A stretch of 64,000 nt of DNA from Eledone cirrhosa (Eukaryota), in assembly GCA_964016885.1 (NCBI GenBank), contig OZ024743.1, positions 142,786,001 to 142,850,000 of the forward strand. Reading direction: 5' to 3'. Numbering within the stretch: the first letter of the stretch is position 1; each line of letters starts with the position of its first letter. The notes below the pieces were generated by a model. That model saw only the letters and a list, made by a program, of their open reading frames with translations, made no database searches and had not been told where the DNA came from. The translations under genes and the position numbers were made by a program. This document shows positions 44,400-59,300 of the stretch, piece by piece.

Positions 44400-47300
44400 A
44401 CAGCAAGCACCAAACACCAAACAGCAAAGAGCAAACGCCAAACACCAAGCACCAAGCACCAAGCACCAAACACCAAGCACCAAGCACCAAGCATTAAACA
44501 CCAAACAGCAAACACCAAACACGAAACAGCAAACACCATACAGCAAACGCCAAACACCAAGCACCAAGCACCAAACACCAAACCCCAAGCACCAAGCACC
44601 AAACACTAATAACCAAGCACCAAGCACCAAGCACCAAACACCAAGCACCAAGCACCAAGCACCAAACACCAAAGACCAAGCACCAAGCACCTAGCACCAA
44701 ACACAAAGCCCCAGGCACCAAGCTCCAAACACCAAGCACCATGCACCAAACACCAAGCACCAAGCACGAAGCAACAAAAAACAAGGACCAAGCACCAAAC
44801 ACTTAACACCAAGCACCAAGCACCAAGTACCAAACACCAAGCACCAAACACCAAACACCAAGCACCAAACACCAAGCACCAAGCACCAAACACCAAGCAC
44901 CAAGCACCAAGCACCAAACACCAAGAACCAAGCACCAAACACCAAGCACCAAGCACCAAGTACATACACCAAGCACCAAACACCAAACACCAAGTACCAA
45001 GCACCAAACACCAAACACCAAGCACCAAGCACCAAGCACCAAACACCATACACCCAGCACCAAACACCAAGCACAAAGCACCAAACACCAAACACCAAGC
45101 ACCAAACACCAAACACCAAGCACCAAGCACCAAACACCAAACACCAAGCCCCAAGCACCAAAAACCTAACACCAAGTACCAAGCACCAAGCACCAAGCAC
45201 CAAGCACCGAACACCAAGCACCAAACACCAAGCACCAAACACCAAGCACCAAGCACCAAACACCAAACACTAAGCACCAAAGACCAAGCACCAAACACCA
45301 GGCACCAGGCACCAAGCCCCAAACACCAAGCACCAAGCACGAAGCACCAAACACGAAGCACCAAGCACCAAACACTTAACACCAAGCACCAAGCACCAAG
45401 CACCAAACACCAAGCACCAAACACCAAACACCAAGCACCAAGTACCAAACACCAAGCACCAAGCACCAAACACCAAGCACCAAGCACCAAGCACCAAACA
45501 CCAAGAACCAAGCACCAAACACCAAGCACCAAGCACCAAGTACATACACAAAGCACCAAACACCAAGCACCAAACACCAAGCACCAACCACCAAACACCA
45601 AACACCAAACACCAAACACCAAACACCAAGCACCAAGCACCAAACACCAAACACCAAACAGCAAGCACCAAGCACCAAACACCAAGCACCAAGCACCAAG
45701 CACCAAACACCAAGCACCAACCAGCAAGCACCAAACACCAAACACCAAGCACCAAGCACCAAGCACCAAACACCAAGCGCCAAGCATCAAACACCAAACA
45801 CTAATAACCAAGCACCAAGCACCAAGCACCAAACACAAAGCACCAGGGACCAAGCCCCAAACACCAAGCACCATGCACCAAACACCAAGCACCAAGCACG
45901 AAGCACCAAACACCAAGCACCAAGCACCAAACACTTAACACCAAGCACCAAGCACCAAGTACCAAACACCAAGCACCAAACACCAAACACCAAGCACCAA
46001 ACACCAAGCACCAAGCACCAAACACCAAGCACCAAGCACCAAGCACCAAATACCAAGAACCAAGCACCAAACACCAAGCACCAAGCACCAAGTACATACA
46101 CCAAGCACCAAACACCAAACACAAAACACCAAGCACCAAGCAACAAGCATCAAACACCAAGCATCAAACACCAAACACCAAGTATCAAGCACCAAACAAC
46201 AAACACCAAGCACCAAGCACCAAGCACCAAACACCATACACCCAGCACCAAACACTAAGCACAAAGCACCAAGCACCAAACACCAAGCACCAAACACCAA
46301 ACACCAAGCACCAAGCACCAAACACCAAACACTAAGCACCAAGCACCAAACACTAAAACCCAAACACTAGACACCAAGCACGAAACACCAAACACCAAAT
46401 ACCAAGCACCAAGCACCAAAGACTAATGACCAAGCACCAAGCACCAAACAACAAGCACCAAGCACCAAGCACCAAACACAGAACACCAAGCACCAAGCAC
46501 CAAGCACCAAGCACCAAGCATCAAACACCAAACACCAAGCACCAAACACCAAACACCAAGCACTAAGCACCAAGCACCAAGCACCAATCACCAAACACCA
46601 AGCACCAAGCACCAAACACCAAGCACCAGGCACCAAGCACCAAACACCAAGCACCAAGCACCAAACACCAAACACCAAGCACCAAAGACCAAGCACCAAG
46701 CACCAAACACCAAGCACCAAGCACCAAGCACCAAACACCAAGAACCAAGCACCAAACACCAAGCACCAAGCACCAAGTACATACACCAAGCACCAAACAC
46801 CAAGCACCAAACACCAAGCACCAAGCACCAAACACCAAACACCAAACACCAAACACCAAACACCAAGCACCAAGCACCAAACACCAAACACCAAACAGCA
46901 AGCACCAAGCACCAAACACCAAGCACCAAGCACCAAACAACAAACACCTAGCACCATGCACCAAACACTAATCACCAAGCACCAAGCACCAAACACCAAG
47001 CACCAAGCAGCAAGCACCAAACACCAAACACCAAGCACCAAGCACCAAGCACCAAACACCAAGCACCAAGCACCAAACACCAAACCCCAAGCACCAAAGA
47101 CCAAGCACCAAGCACCAAGGACCAAACACCAAGCACCAAGCATCAAGCACCAAGCACCAAACACCAAGCACCAAGCACCAAACACCCAGCACCAAGCAGC
47201 AGGCACCAAACACCAAGCACCAAGCACGAAACACCAAACACCAAACACCAAGCACCAAGCATTAAACACCAAACACCAAACACCAAACACGAAACAGCAA

Positions 47301-50300
47301 ACACCATACAGCAAACACCAAACACCAAGCACCAAGCACCAAACACCAAACCCCAAGCACCAAGCACCAAACACTAATAACCAAGCACCAAGCACCAAGC
47401 ACCAAACACCAAGCACCAGGCACCAAGCACCAAACACCAAGCACCAAGCACCAAACACCAAACACCAAGCACCAAAGACCAAGCACCAAGCACCAAACAA
47501 CAAGCACCAAGCACCAAGCACCAAACACCAAGCACCAAGCACCAAGCACCAAAAACCAAGCACCAAGCACCAAGCACCAAACACCAAGCACCAAACAGCA
47601 ACCACCAAACAGCAAGCACCAAGCACCAAGCACCAAACACCAAGCCCCAAGCACCAAGCACCAAACACTAATCACCAAGCACCAAGCACCAAACAACAAG
47701 CACCAAGCACCAGGCACCAAGCACCAAGCACCAAACACTAATCACCAAGCACCAAGCACCAAACAACAAGCACCAAGCACCAAGCACAAGGCACCAAGCA
47801 CCAAACACCAAACACTAATCACCAAGCACCAAGCACAAAGCACCAAACACCAAACACCAAGCAGCAATCACCAAGCACCAAACACCAAACACCAAGCACC
47901 AAGCACCAACCACCAAACACCAAGCACCAAGCACCAAACACCAAACACCAAACACCAAGCACCAAGCACCAAACAGCAAGCACCAAACACCAAATACCAA
48001 ACAACAAACACCAAACAGCAAGCACCAAACACCAAACAGCAAAGAGCAAACGCCAAACACCAAGCACCAAGCACCAAGCACCAAACACCAAGCACCAAGC
48101 ACCAAGCATTAAACACCAAACAGCAAACACCAAACACGAAACAGCAAACACCATACAGCAAACACCAAACACCAAGCACCAAGCACCAAACACCAAACCC
48201 CAAGCACCAAGCACCAAACACTAATAACCAAGCACCAAGCACCAAGCACCAAACACCAAGCACCAAGCACCAAGCACCAAACACCAAAGACCAAGCACCA
48301 AGCACCTAGCACCAAACATAAAGCCCCAGGCACCAAGCTCCAAACACCAAGCACCATGCACCAAACACCAAGCACCAAGCACGAAGCAACAAAAAACAAG
48401 GACCAAGCACCAAACACTTAACACCAAGCACCAAGCACCAAGTACCAAACACCAAGCACCAAACACCAAACACCAAGCACCAAACACCAAGCACCAAGCA
48501 CCAAACACCAAGCACCAAGCACCAAGCACCAAACACCAAGAACCAAGCACCAAACACCAAGCACCAAGCACCAAGTACATACACCAAGCACCAAACACCA
48601 AACACAAAACACCAAGCACCAAGCAACAAGCATCAAACACCAAGCATCAAACACCAAACACCAAGTACCAAGCACCAAACACCAAACACCAAGCACCAAG
48701 CACCAAGCACCAAACACCATACACCCAGCACCAAACACCAAGCACAAAGCACCAAACACCAAACACCAAGCACCAAACACCAAACACCAAGCACCAAGCA
48801 CCAAACACCAAACACCAAGCCCCAAGCACCAAAAACCTAACACCAAGTACCAAGCACCAAGCACCAAGCACCAAGCACCGAACACCAAGCACCAAACACC
48901 AAGCACCAAACACCAAGCACCAAGCACCAAACACCAAACACTAAGCACCAAAGACCAAGCACCAAACACCAGGCACCAGGCACCAAGCCCCAAACACCAA
49001 GCACCAAGCACGAAGCACCAAACACGAAGCACCAAGCACCAAACACTTAACACCAAGCACCAAGCACCAAGCACCAAACACCAAGCACCAAACACCAAAC
49101 ACCAAGCACCAAGTACCAAACACCAAGCACCAAGCACCAAACACCAAGCACCAAGCACCAAGCACCAAACACCAAGAACCAAGCACCAAACACCAAGCAC
49201 CAAGCACCAAGTACATACACAAAGCACCAAACACCAAGCACCAAACACCAAGCACCAACCACCAAACACCAAAGACCAAACACCAAAGACCAAACACCAA
49301 GCACCAAGCACCAAACACCAAACACCAAACAGCAAGCACCAAGCACCAAACACCAAGCACCAAGCACCAAGCACCAAACACCAAGCACCAACCAGCAAGC
49401 ACCAAACACCAAACACCAAGCACCAAGCACCAAGCACCAAACACCAAGCGCCAAGCATCAAACACCAAACACTAATAACCAAGCACCAAGCACCAAGCAC
49501 CAAACACAAAGCACCAGGCACCAAGCCCCAAACACCAAGCACCATGCACCAAACACCAAGCACCAAGCACGAAGCACCAAACACCAAGCACCAAGCACCA
49601 AACACTTAACACCAAGCACCAAGCACCAAGTACCAAACACCAAGCACCAAACACCAAACACCAAGCACCAAACACCAAGCACCAAGCACCAAACACCAAG
49701 CACCAAGCACCAAGCACCAAATACCAAGAACCAAGCACCAAACACCAAGCACCAAGCACCAAGTACATACACCAAGCACCAAACACCAAACACAAAACAC
49801 CAAGCACCAAGCAACAAGCATCAAACACCAAGCATCAAACACCAAACACCAAGTATCAAGCACCAAACAACAAACACCAAGCACCAAGCACCAAGCACCA
49901 AACACCATACACCCAGCACCAAACACTAAGCACAAAGCACCAAGCACCAAACACCAAGCACCAAACACCAAACACCAAGCACCAAGCACCAAACACCAAA
50001 CACTAAGCACCAAGCACCAAACACTAAAACCCAAACACTAGACACCAAGCACGAAACACCAAACACCAAATACCAAGCACCAAGCACCAAAGACTAATGA
50101 CCAAGCACCAAGCACCAAACAACAAGCACCAAGCACCAAGCACCAAACACAGAACACCAAGCACCAAGCACCAAGCACCAAGCACCAAGCATCAAACACC
50201 AAACACCAAGCACCAAACACCAAACACCAAGCACTAAGCACCAAGCACCAAGCACCAATCACCAAACACCAAGCACCAAGCACCAAACACCAAGCACCAG

Positions 50301-53300
50301 GCACCAAGCACCAAACACCAAGCACCAAGCACCAAACACCAAACACCAAGCACCAAAGACCAAGCACCAAGCACCAAACACCAAGCACCAAGCACCAAGC
50401 ACCAAACACCAAGAACCAAGCACCAAACACCAAGCACCAAGCACCAAGTACATACACCAAGCACCAAACACCAAGCACCAAACACCAAGCACCAAGCACC
50501 AAACACCAAACACCAAACACCAAACACCAAACACCAAGCACCAAGCACCAAACACCAAACACCAAACAGCAAGCACCAAGCACCAAACACCAAGCACCAA
50601 GCACCAAACAACAAACACCTAGCACCATGCACCAAACACTAATCACCAAGCACCAAGCACCAAACACCAAGCACCAAGCAGCAAGCACCAAACACCAAAC
50701 ACCAAGCACCAAGCACCAAGCACCAAACACCAAGCACCAAGCACCAAACACCAAACCCCAAGCACCAAAGACCAAGCACCAAGCACCAAGGACCAAACAC
50801 CAAGCACCAAGCATCAAGCACCAAGCACCAAACACCAAGCACCAAGCACCAAACACCCAGCACCAAGCACCAAGCACCAAACACCAAGCACCAAGCACGA
50901 AACACCAAACACCAAACACCAAGCACCAAGCATTAAACACCAAACACCAAACACCAAACACGAAACAGCAAACACCATACAGCAAACACCAAACACCAAG
51001 CACCAAGCACCAAACACCAAACCCCAAGCACCAAGCACCAAACACTAATAACCAAGCACCAAGCACCAAACACCAAACACCAAGCACCAAGCACCAAGCA
51101 CCAAACACCAAAGACCAAGCACCAACCACCTAGCACCAAACAGAAAGCACCAGGCACCAAGCCCCAAACACCAAGCACCATGCACCAAACACCAAGCACG
51201 AAGCACCAAACACCAAGCACCAGGCACCAAACACTTAACACCAAGCACCAAGCACCAAGTACCAAACACCAAGCACCAAACACCAAACACCAAGCACCAA
51301 ACACCAAGTACCAAGCACCAAACACCAAGCACCAAGCACCAAGCACCAAACACCAAGAACCAAGCACCAAACACCAAGCACCAAGCACCAAGTATGAAAC
51401 ACCAAGCACCAAACACCAAACACCAAGCACCAAACACCAAGCACCAAGCACCAAACACCAAGAACCAAGCACCAAACACCAAGCACCAAGCACCAAGTAC
51501 ATACACCAAGCACCAAACACCAAACACAAAACACCAAGCACCAAGCAACAAGTATCAAACACCAAGCATCAAACACCAAACACCAAGTACCAAGCACCAA
51601 ACACCAAACACCAAGCACCAAGCACCAAGCACCAAACACCATACACCCAGCACCAAACACCAAGCTCAAAGCACCAAGCACCAAACACCAAGCACCAAAC
51701 ACCAAACACCAAGCACCAAGCACCAAACACCAAACACCAAACACCAAGCACCAAGCCCCAAAGACTAATCACCAAGCACCAAGCACCAAACAACAAGCAC
51801 CAAGCACCAAGCACCAGGCACCAAGCACCAAGCACCAAACACAGAACACCAAGCACCAAGCACCAAGCACCAAGCAGCAAAAACCAAGCATCAAACACCA
51901 AACACCAAACACCAAGCACCAAACACCAAACACCAAGCACCAAGCACCAAGCACCAAGCACCAAGCACCAATCAGCAAACACCAAGCACCAAGCACCAAA
52001 CACCAAGCACCAGGCACTAAGCACCAAACACCAAGCACCAAGCACCAAACACCAAACACCAAGCACCAAAGACCAAGCACCAAGCTCCAAACAACAAGCA
52101 CCAAGCACCAAGCACCAAACACCAAGCACCAAGCACCAAGCACCAAAAACCAAGCACCAAGCACCAAGCACCAAACACCAAACACCAAGCACCAAAGACC
52201 AAGCACCAAGCACCAAACACCAAGCACCAAGCACCAAACACCAACCACCCAGCACCAAGCACCAAGCACCAAACACCAAGCACTAAACATCAACCACCAA
52301 ACAGCAAGCACCAAGCACCAAGCACCAAACACCAAGCCCCAAGCACCAACCACCAAACACTAATCACCAAGCACCAAGCAGCAAACAACAAGCACCAAGC
52401 ACCAAGCACAAGGCACCAAGCACCAAGCACCAAACACTATTCAACAAGCACCAAGCACCAAGCACCAAACACCAAACACCGAGCAGCAATCACCAAGCAC
52501 CAAACACCAAGCCCCAAGCACCAAACACCAAGCACCAAGCACCAAACACCAAACACCAAGCACCAAAGACCAAGCACCAAGCACCAAGCACCAAGCACCA
52601 AACACCAAGCACCTAGCAACAAACACCCAGCACCAAGCACCAACCACCAAGCACCAAGCACCAAACACCAAACACCAAACACCAAGCACCAAGCACCAAA
52701 CAGCAAGCACCAAACACCAAACACCAAACACCAAACACCAAACAGCAAGCACCAAACACCAAACAGCAAAGAGCAAACGCCAAACACCAAGCACCAAGCA
52801 CCAAGCACCAAACACCAAGCACCAAGCACCAAGCATTAAACACCAAACAGCAAACACCAAACACGAAACAGCAAACACCATACAGCAAACACCAAACACC
52901 AAGCACCAAGCACCAAACACCAAACCCCAAGCACCAAGCACCAAACACTAATAACCAAGCACCAAGCACCAAGCACCAAACACCAAGCACCAAGCACCAA
53001 GCACCAAACACCAAAGACCAAGCACCAAGCACCTAGCACCAAACACAAAGCACCAGGCACCAAGCCCCAAACACCAAGCACCATGCACCAAACACCAAGC
53101 ACCAAGCACGAAGCACCAAACACCAAGCACCAAACACTTAACACCAAGCACCAAGCACCAAGTACCAAACACCAAGCACCAAACACCAAACACCAAGCAC
53201 CAAGCACCAAACACCAAACACCAAACACCAAGCACCAAGCACCAAACAGCAAGCACCAAACACCAAATACCAAACAACAAACACCAAACAGCAAGCACCA

Positions 53301-56300
53301 AACACCAAACAGCAAAGAGCAAACGCCAAACACCAAGCACCAAGCACCAAGCACCAAACACCAAGCACCAAGCACCAAGCATTAAACACCAAACAGCAAA
53401 CACCAAACACGAAACAGCAAACACCATACAGCAAACACCAAACACCAAGCACCAAGCACCAAACACCAAACCCCAAGCACCAAGCACCAAACACTAATAA
53501 CCAAGCACCAAGCACCAAGCACCAAACACCAAGCACCAAGCACCAAGCACCAAACACCAAAGACCAAGCACCAAGCACCTAGCACCAAACACAAAGCCCC
53601 AGGCACCAAGCTCCAAACACCAAGCACCATGCACCAAACACCAAGCACCAAGCACGAAGCAACAAAAAACAAGGACCAAGCACCAAACACTTAACACCAA
53701 GCACCAAGCACCAAGTACCAAACACCAAGCACCAAACACCAAACACCAAGCACCAAACACCAAGCACCAAGCACCAAACACCAAGCACCAAGCACCAAGC
53801 ACCAAACACCAAGAACCAAGCACCAAACACCAAGCACCAAGCACCAAGTACATACACCAAGCACCAAACACCAAACACAAAACACCAAGCACCAAGCAAC
53901 AAGCATCAAACACCAAGCATCAAACACCAAACACCAAGTACCAAGCACCAAACACCAAACACCAAGCACCAAGCACCAAGCACCAAACACCATACACCCA
54001 GCACCAAACACCAAGCACAAAGCACCAAACACCAAACACCAAGCACCAAACACCAAACACCAAGCACCAAGCACCAAACACCAAACACCAAGCCCCAAGC
54101 ACCAAAAACCTAACACCAAGTACCAAGCACCAAGCACCAAGCACCAAGCACCGAACACCAAGCACCAAACACCAAGCACCAAACACCAAGCACCAAGCAC
54201 CAAACACCAAACACTAAGCACCAAAGACCAAGCACCAAACACCAGGCACCAGGCACCAAGCCCCAAACACCAAGCACCAAGCACGAAGCACCAAACACGA
54301 AGCACCAAGCACCAAACACTTAACACCAAGCACCAAGCACCAAGCACCAAACACCAAGCACCAAACACCAAACACCAAGCACCAAGTACCAAACACCAAG
54401 CACCAAGCACCAAACACCAAGCACCAAGCACCAAGCACCAAACACCAAGAACCAAGCACCAAACACCAAGCACCAAGCACCAAGTACATACACAAAGCAC
54501 CAAACACCAAGCACCAAACACCAAGCACCAACCACCAAACACCAAACACCAAACACCAAACACCAAACACCAAGCACCAAGCACCAAACACCAAACACCA
54601 AACAGCAAGCACCAAGCACCAAACACCAAGCACCAAGCACCAAGCACCAAACACCAAGCACCAACCAGCAAGCACCAAACACCAAACACCAAGCACCAAG
54701 CACCAAGCACCAAACACCAAGCGCCAAGCATCAAACACCAAACACTAATAACCAAGCACCAAGCACCAAGCACCAAACACAAAGCACCAGGGACCAAGCC
54801 CCAAACACCAAGCACCATGCACCAAACACCAAGCACCAAGCACGAAGCACCAAACACCAAGCACCAAGCACCAAACACTTAACACCAAGCACCAAGCACC
54901 AAGTACCAAACACCAAGCACCAAACACCAAACACCAAGCACCAAACACCAAGCACCAAGCACCAAACACCAAGCACCAAGCACCAAGCACCAAATACCAA
55001 GAACCAAGCACCAAACACCAAGCACCAAGCACCAAGTACATACACCAAGCACCAAACACCAAACACAAAACACCAAGCACCAAGCAACAAGCATCAAACA
55101 CCAAGCATCAAACACCAAACACCAAGTATCAAGCACCAAACAACAAACACCAAGCACCAAGCACCAAGCACCAAACACCATACACCCAGCACCAAACACT
55201 AAGCACAAAGCACCAAGCACCAAACACCAAGCACCAAACACCAAACACCAAGCACCAAGCACCAAACACCAAACACTAAGCACCAAGCACCAAACACTAA
55301 AACCCAAACACTAGACACCAAGCACGAAACACCAAACACCAAATACCAAGCACCAAGCACCAAAGACTAATGACCAAGCACCAAGCACCAAACAACAAGC
55401 ACCAAGCACCAAGCACCAAACACAGAACACCAAGCACCAAGCACCAAGCACCAAGCACCAAGCATCAAACACCAAACACCAAGCACCAAACACCAAACAC
55501 CAAGCACTAAGCACCAAGCACCAAGCACCAATCACCAAACACCAAGCACCAAGCACCAAACACCAAGCACCAGGCACCAAGCACCAAACACCAAGCACCA
55601 AGCACCAAACACCAAACACCAAGCACCAAAGACCAAGCACCAAGCACCAAACACCAAGCACCAAGCACCAAGCACCAAACACCAAGAACCAAGCACCAAA
55701 CACCAAGCACCAAGCACCAAGTACATACACCAAGCACCAAACACCAAGCACCAAACACCAAGCACCAAGCACCAAACACCAAACACCAAACACCAAACAC
55801 CAAACACCAAGCACCAAGCACCAAACACCAAACACCAAACAGCAAGCACCAAGCACCAAACACCAAGCACCAAGCACCAAACAACAAACACCTAGCACCA
55901 TGCACCAAACACTAATCACCAAGCACCAAGCACCAAACACCAAACACCAAGCACCAAGCACCAAGCACCAAACACCAAGCACCAAGCACCAAACACCAAA
56001 CCCCAAGCACCAAAGACCAAGCACCAAGCACCAAGGACCAAACACCAAGCACCAAGCATCAAGCACCAAGCACCAAACACCAAGCACCAAGCACCAAACA
56101 CCCAGCACCAAGCAGCAGGCACCAAACACCAAGCACCAAGCACGAAACACCAAACACCAAACACCAAGCACCAAGCATTAAACACCAAACACCAAACACC
56201 AAACACGAAACAGCAAACACCATACAGCAAACACCAAACACCAAGCACCAAGCACCAAACACCAAACCCCAAGCACCAAGCACCAAACACTAATAACCAA

Positions 56301-59300
56301 GCACCAAGCACCAAGCACCAAACACCAAGCACCAGGCACCAAGCACCAAACACCAAGCACCAAGCACCAAACACCAAACACCAAGCACCAAAGACCAAGC
56401 ACCAAGCACCAAACAACAAGCACCAAGCACCAAGCACCAAACACCAAGCACCAAGCACCAAGCACCAAAAACCAAGCACCAAGCACCAAGCACCAAACAC
56501 CAAGCACCAAACAGCAACCACCAAACAGCAAGCACCAAGCACCAAGCACCAAACACCAAGCCCCAAGCACCAAGCACCAAACACTAATCACCAAGCACCA
56601 AGCACCAAACAACAAGCACCAAGCACCAGGCACCAAGCACCAAGCACCAAACACTAATCACCAAGCACCAAGCACCAAACAACAAGCACCAAGCACCAAG
56701 CACAAGGCACCAAGCACCAAACACCAAACACTAATCACCAAGCACCAAGCACAAAGCACCAAACACCAAACACCAAGCAGCAATCACCAAGCACCAAACA
56801 CCAAACACCAAGCACCAAGCACCAACCACCAAACACCAAGCACCAAGCACCAAACACCAAACACCAAACACCAAGCACCAAGCACCAAACAGCAAGCACC
56901 AAACACCAAATACCAAACAACAAACACCAAACAGCAAGCACCAAACACCAAACAGCAAAGAGCAAACGCCAAACACCAAGCACCAAGCACCAAGCACCAA
57001 ACACCAAGCACCAAGCACCAAGCATTAAACACCAAACAGCAAACACCAAACACGAAACAGCAAACACCATACAGCAAACACCAAACACCAAGCACCAAGC
57101 ACCAAACACCAAACCCCAAGCACCAAGCACCAAACACTAATAACCAAGCACCAAGCACCAAGCACCAAACACCAAGCACCAAGCACCAAGCACCAAACAC
57201 CAAAGACCAAGCACCAAGCACCTAGCACCAAACACAAAGCCCCAGGCACCAAGCTCCAAACACCAAGCACCATGCACCAAACACCAAGCACCAAGCACGA
57301 AGCAACAAAAAACAAGGACCAAGCACCAAACACTTAACACCAAGCACCAAGCACCAAGTACCAAACACCAAGCACCAAACACCAAACACCAAGCACCAAA
57401 CACCAAGCACCAAGCACCAAACACCAAGCACCAAGCACCAAGCACCAAACACCAAGAACCAAGCACCAAACACCAAGCACCAAGCACCAAGTACATACAC
57501 CAAGCACCAAACACCAAACACAAAACACCAAGCACCAAGCAACAAGCATCAAACACCAAGCATCAAACACCAAACACCAAGTACCAAGCACCAAACACCA
57601 AACACCAAGCACCAAGCACCAAGCACCAAACACCATACACCCAGCACCAAACACCAAGCACAAAGCACCAAACACCAAACACCAAGCACCAAACACCAAA
57701 CACCAAGCACCAAGCACCAAACACCAAACACCAAGCCCCAAGCACCAAAAACCTAACACCAAGTACCAAGCACCAAGCACCAAGCACCAAGCACCGAACA
57801 CCAAGCACCAAACACCAAGCACCAAACACCAAGCACCAAGCACCAAACACCAAACACTAAGCACCAAAGACCAAGCACCAAACACCAGGCACCAGGCACC
57901 AAGCCCCAAACACCAAGCACCAAGCACGAAGCACCAAACACGAAGCACCAAGCACCAAACACTTAACACCAAGCACCAAGCACCAAGCACCAAACACCAA
58001 GCACCAAACACCAAACACCAAGCACCAAGTACCAAACACCAAGCACCAAGCACCAAACACCAAGCACCAAGCACCAAGCACCAAACACCAAGAACCAAGC
58101 ACCAAACACCAAGCACCAAGCACCAAGTACATACACAAAGCACCAAACACCAAGCACCAAACACCAAGCACCAACCACCAAACACCAAACACCAAACACC
58201 AAAGACCAAACACCAAGCACCAAGCACCAAACACCAAACACCAAACAGCAAGCACCAAGCACCAAACACCAAGCACCAAGCACCAAGCACCAAACACCAA
58301 GCACCAACCAGCAAGCACCAAACACCAAACACCAAGCACCAAGCACCAAGCACCAAACACCAAGCGCCAAGCATCAAACACCAAACACTAATAACCAAGC
58401 ACCAAGCACCAAGCACCAAACACAAAGCACCAGGCACCAAGCCCCAAACACCAAGCACCATGCACCAAACACCAAGCACCAAGCACGAAGCACCAAACAC
58501 CAAGCACCAAGCACCAAACACTTAACACCAAGCACCAAGCACCAAGTACCAAACACCAAGCACCAAACACCAAACACCAAGCACCAAACACCAAGCACCA
58601 AGCACCAAACACCAAGCACCAAGCACCAAGCACCAAATACCAAGAACCAAGCACCAAACACCAAGCACCAAGCACCAAGTACATACACCAAGCACCAAAC
58701 ACCAAACACAAAACACCAAGCACCAAGCAACAAGCATCAAACACCAAGCATCAAACACCAAACACCAAGTATCAAGCACCAAACAACAAACACCAAGCAC
58801 CAAGCACCAAGCACCAAACACCATACACCCAGCACCAAACACTAAGCACAAAGCACCAAGCACCAAACACCAAGCACCAAACACCAAACACCAAGCACCA
58901 AGCACCAAACACCAAACACTAAGCACCAAGCACCAAACACTAAAACCCAAACACTAGACACCAAGCACGAAACACCAAACACCAAATACCAAGCACCAAG
59001 CACCAAAGACTAATGACCAAGCACCAAGCACCAAACAACAAGCACCAAGCACCAAGCACCAAACACAGAACACCAAGCACCAAGCACCAAGCACCAAGCA
59101 CCAAGCATCAAACACCAAACACCAAGCACCAAACACCAAACACCAAGCACTAAGCACCAAGCACCAAGCACCAATCACCAAACACCAAGCACCAAGCACC
59201 AAACACCAAGCACCAGGCACCAAGCACCAAACACCAAGCACCAAGCACCAAACACCAAACACCAAGCACCAAACACCAAGCACCAAGCACCAAACACCAA

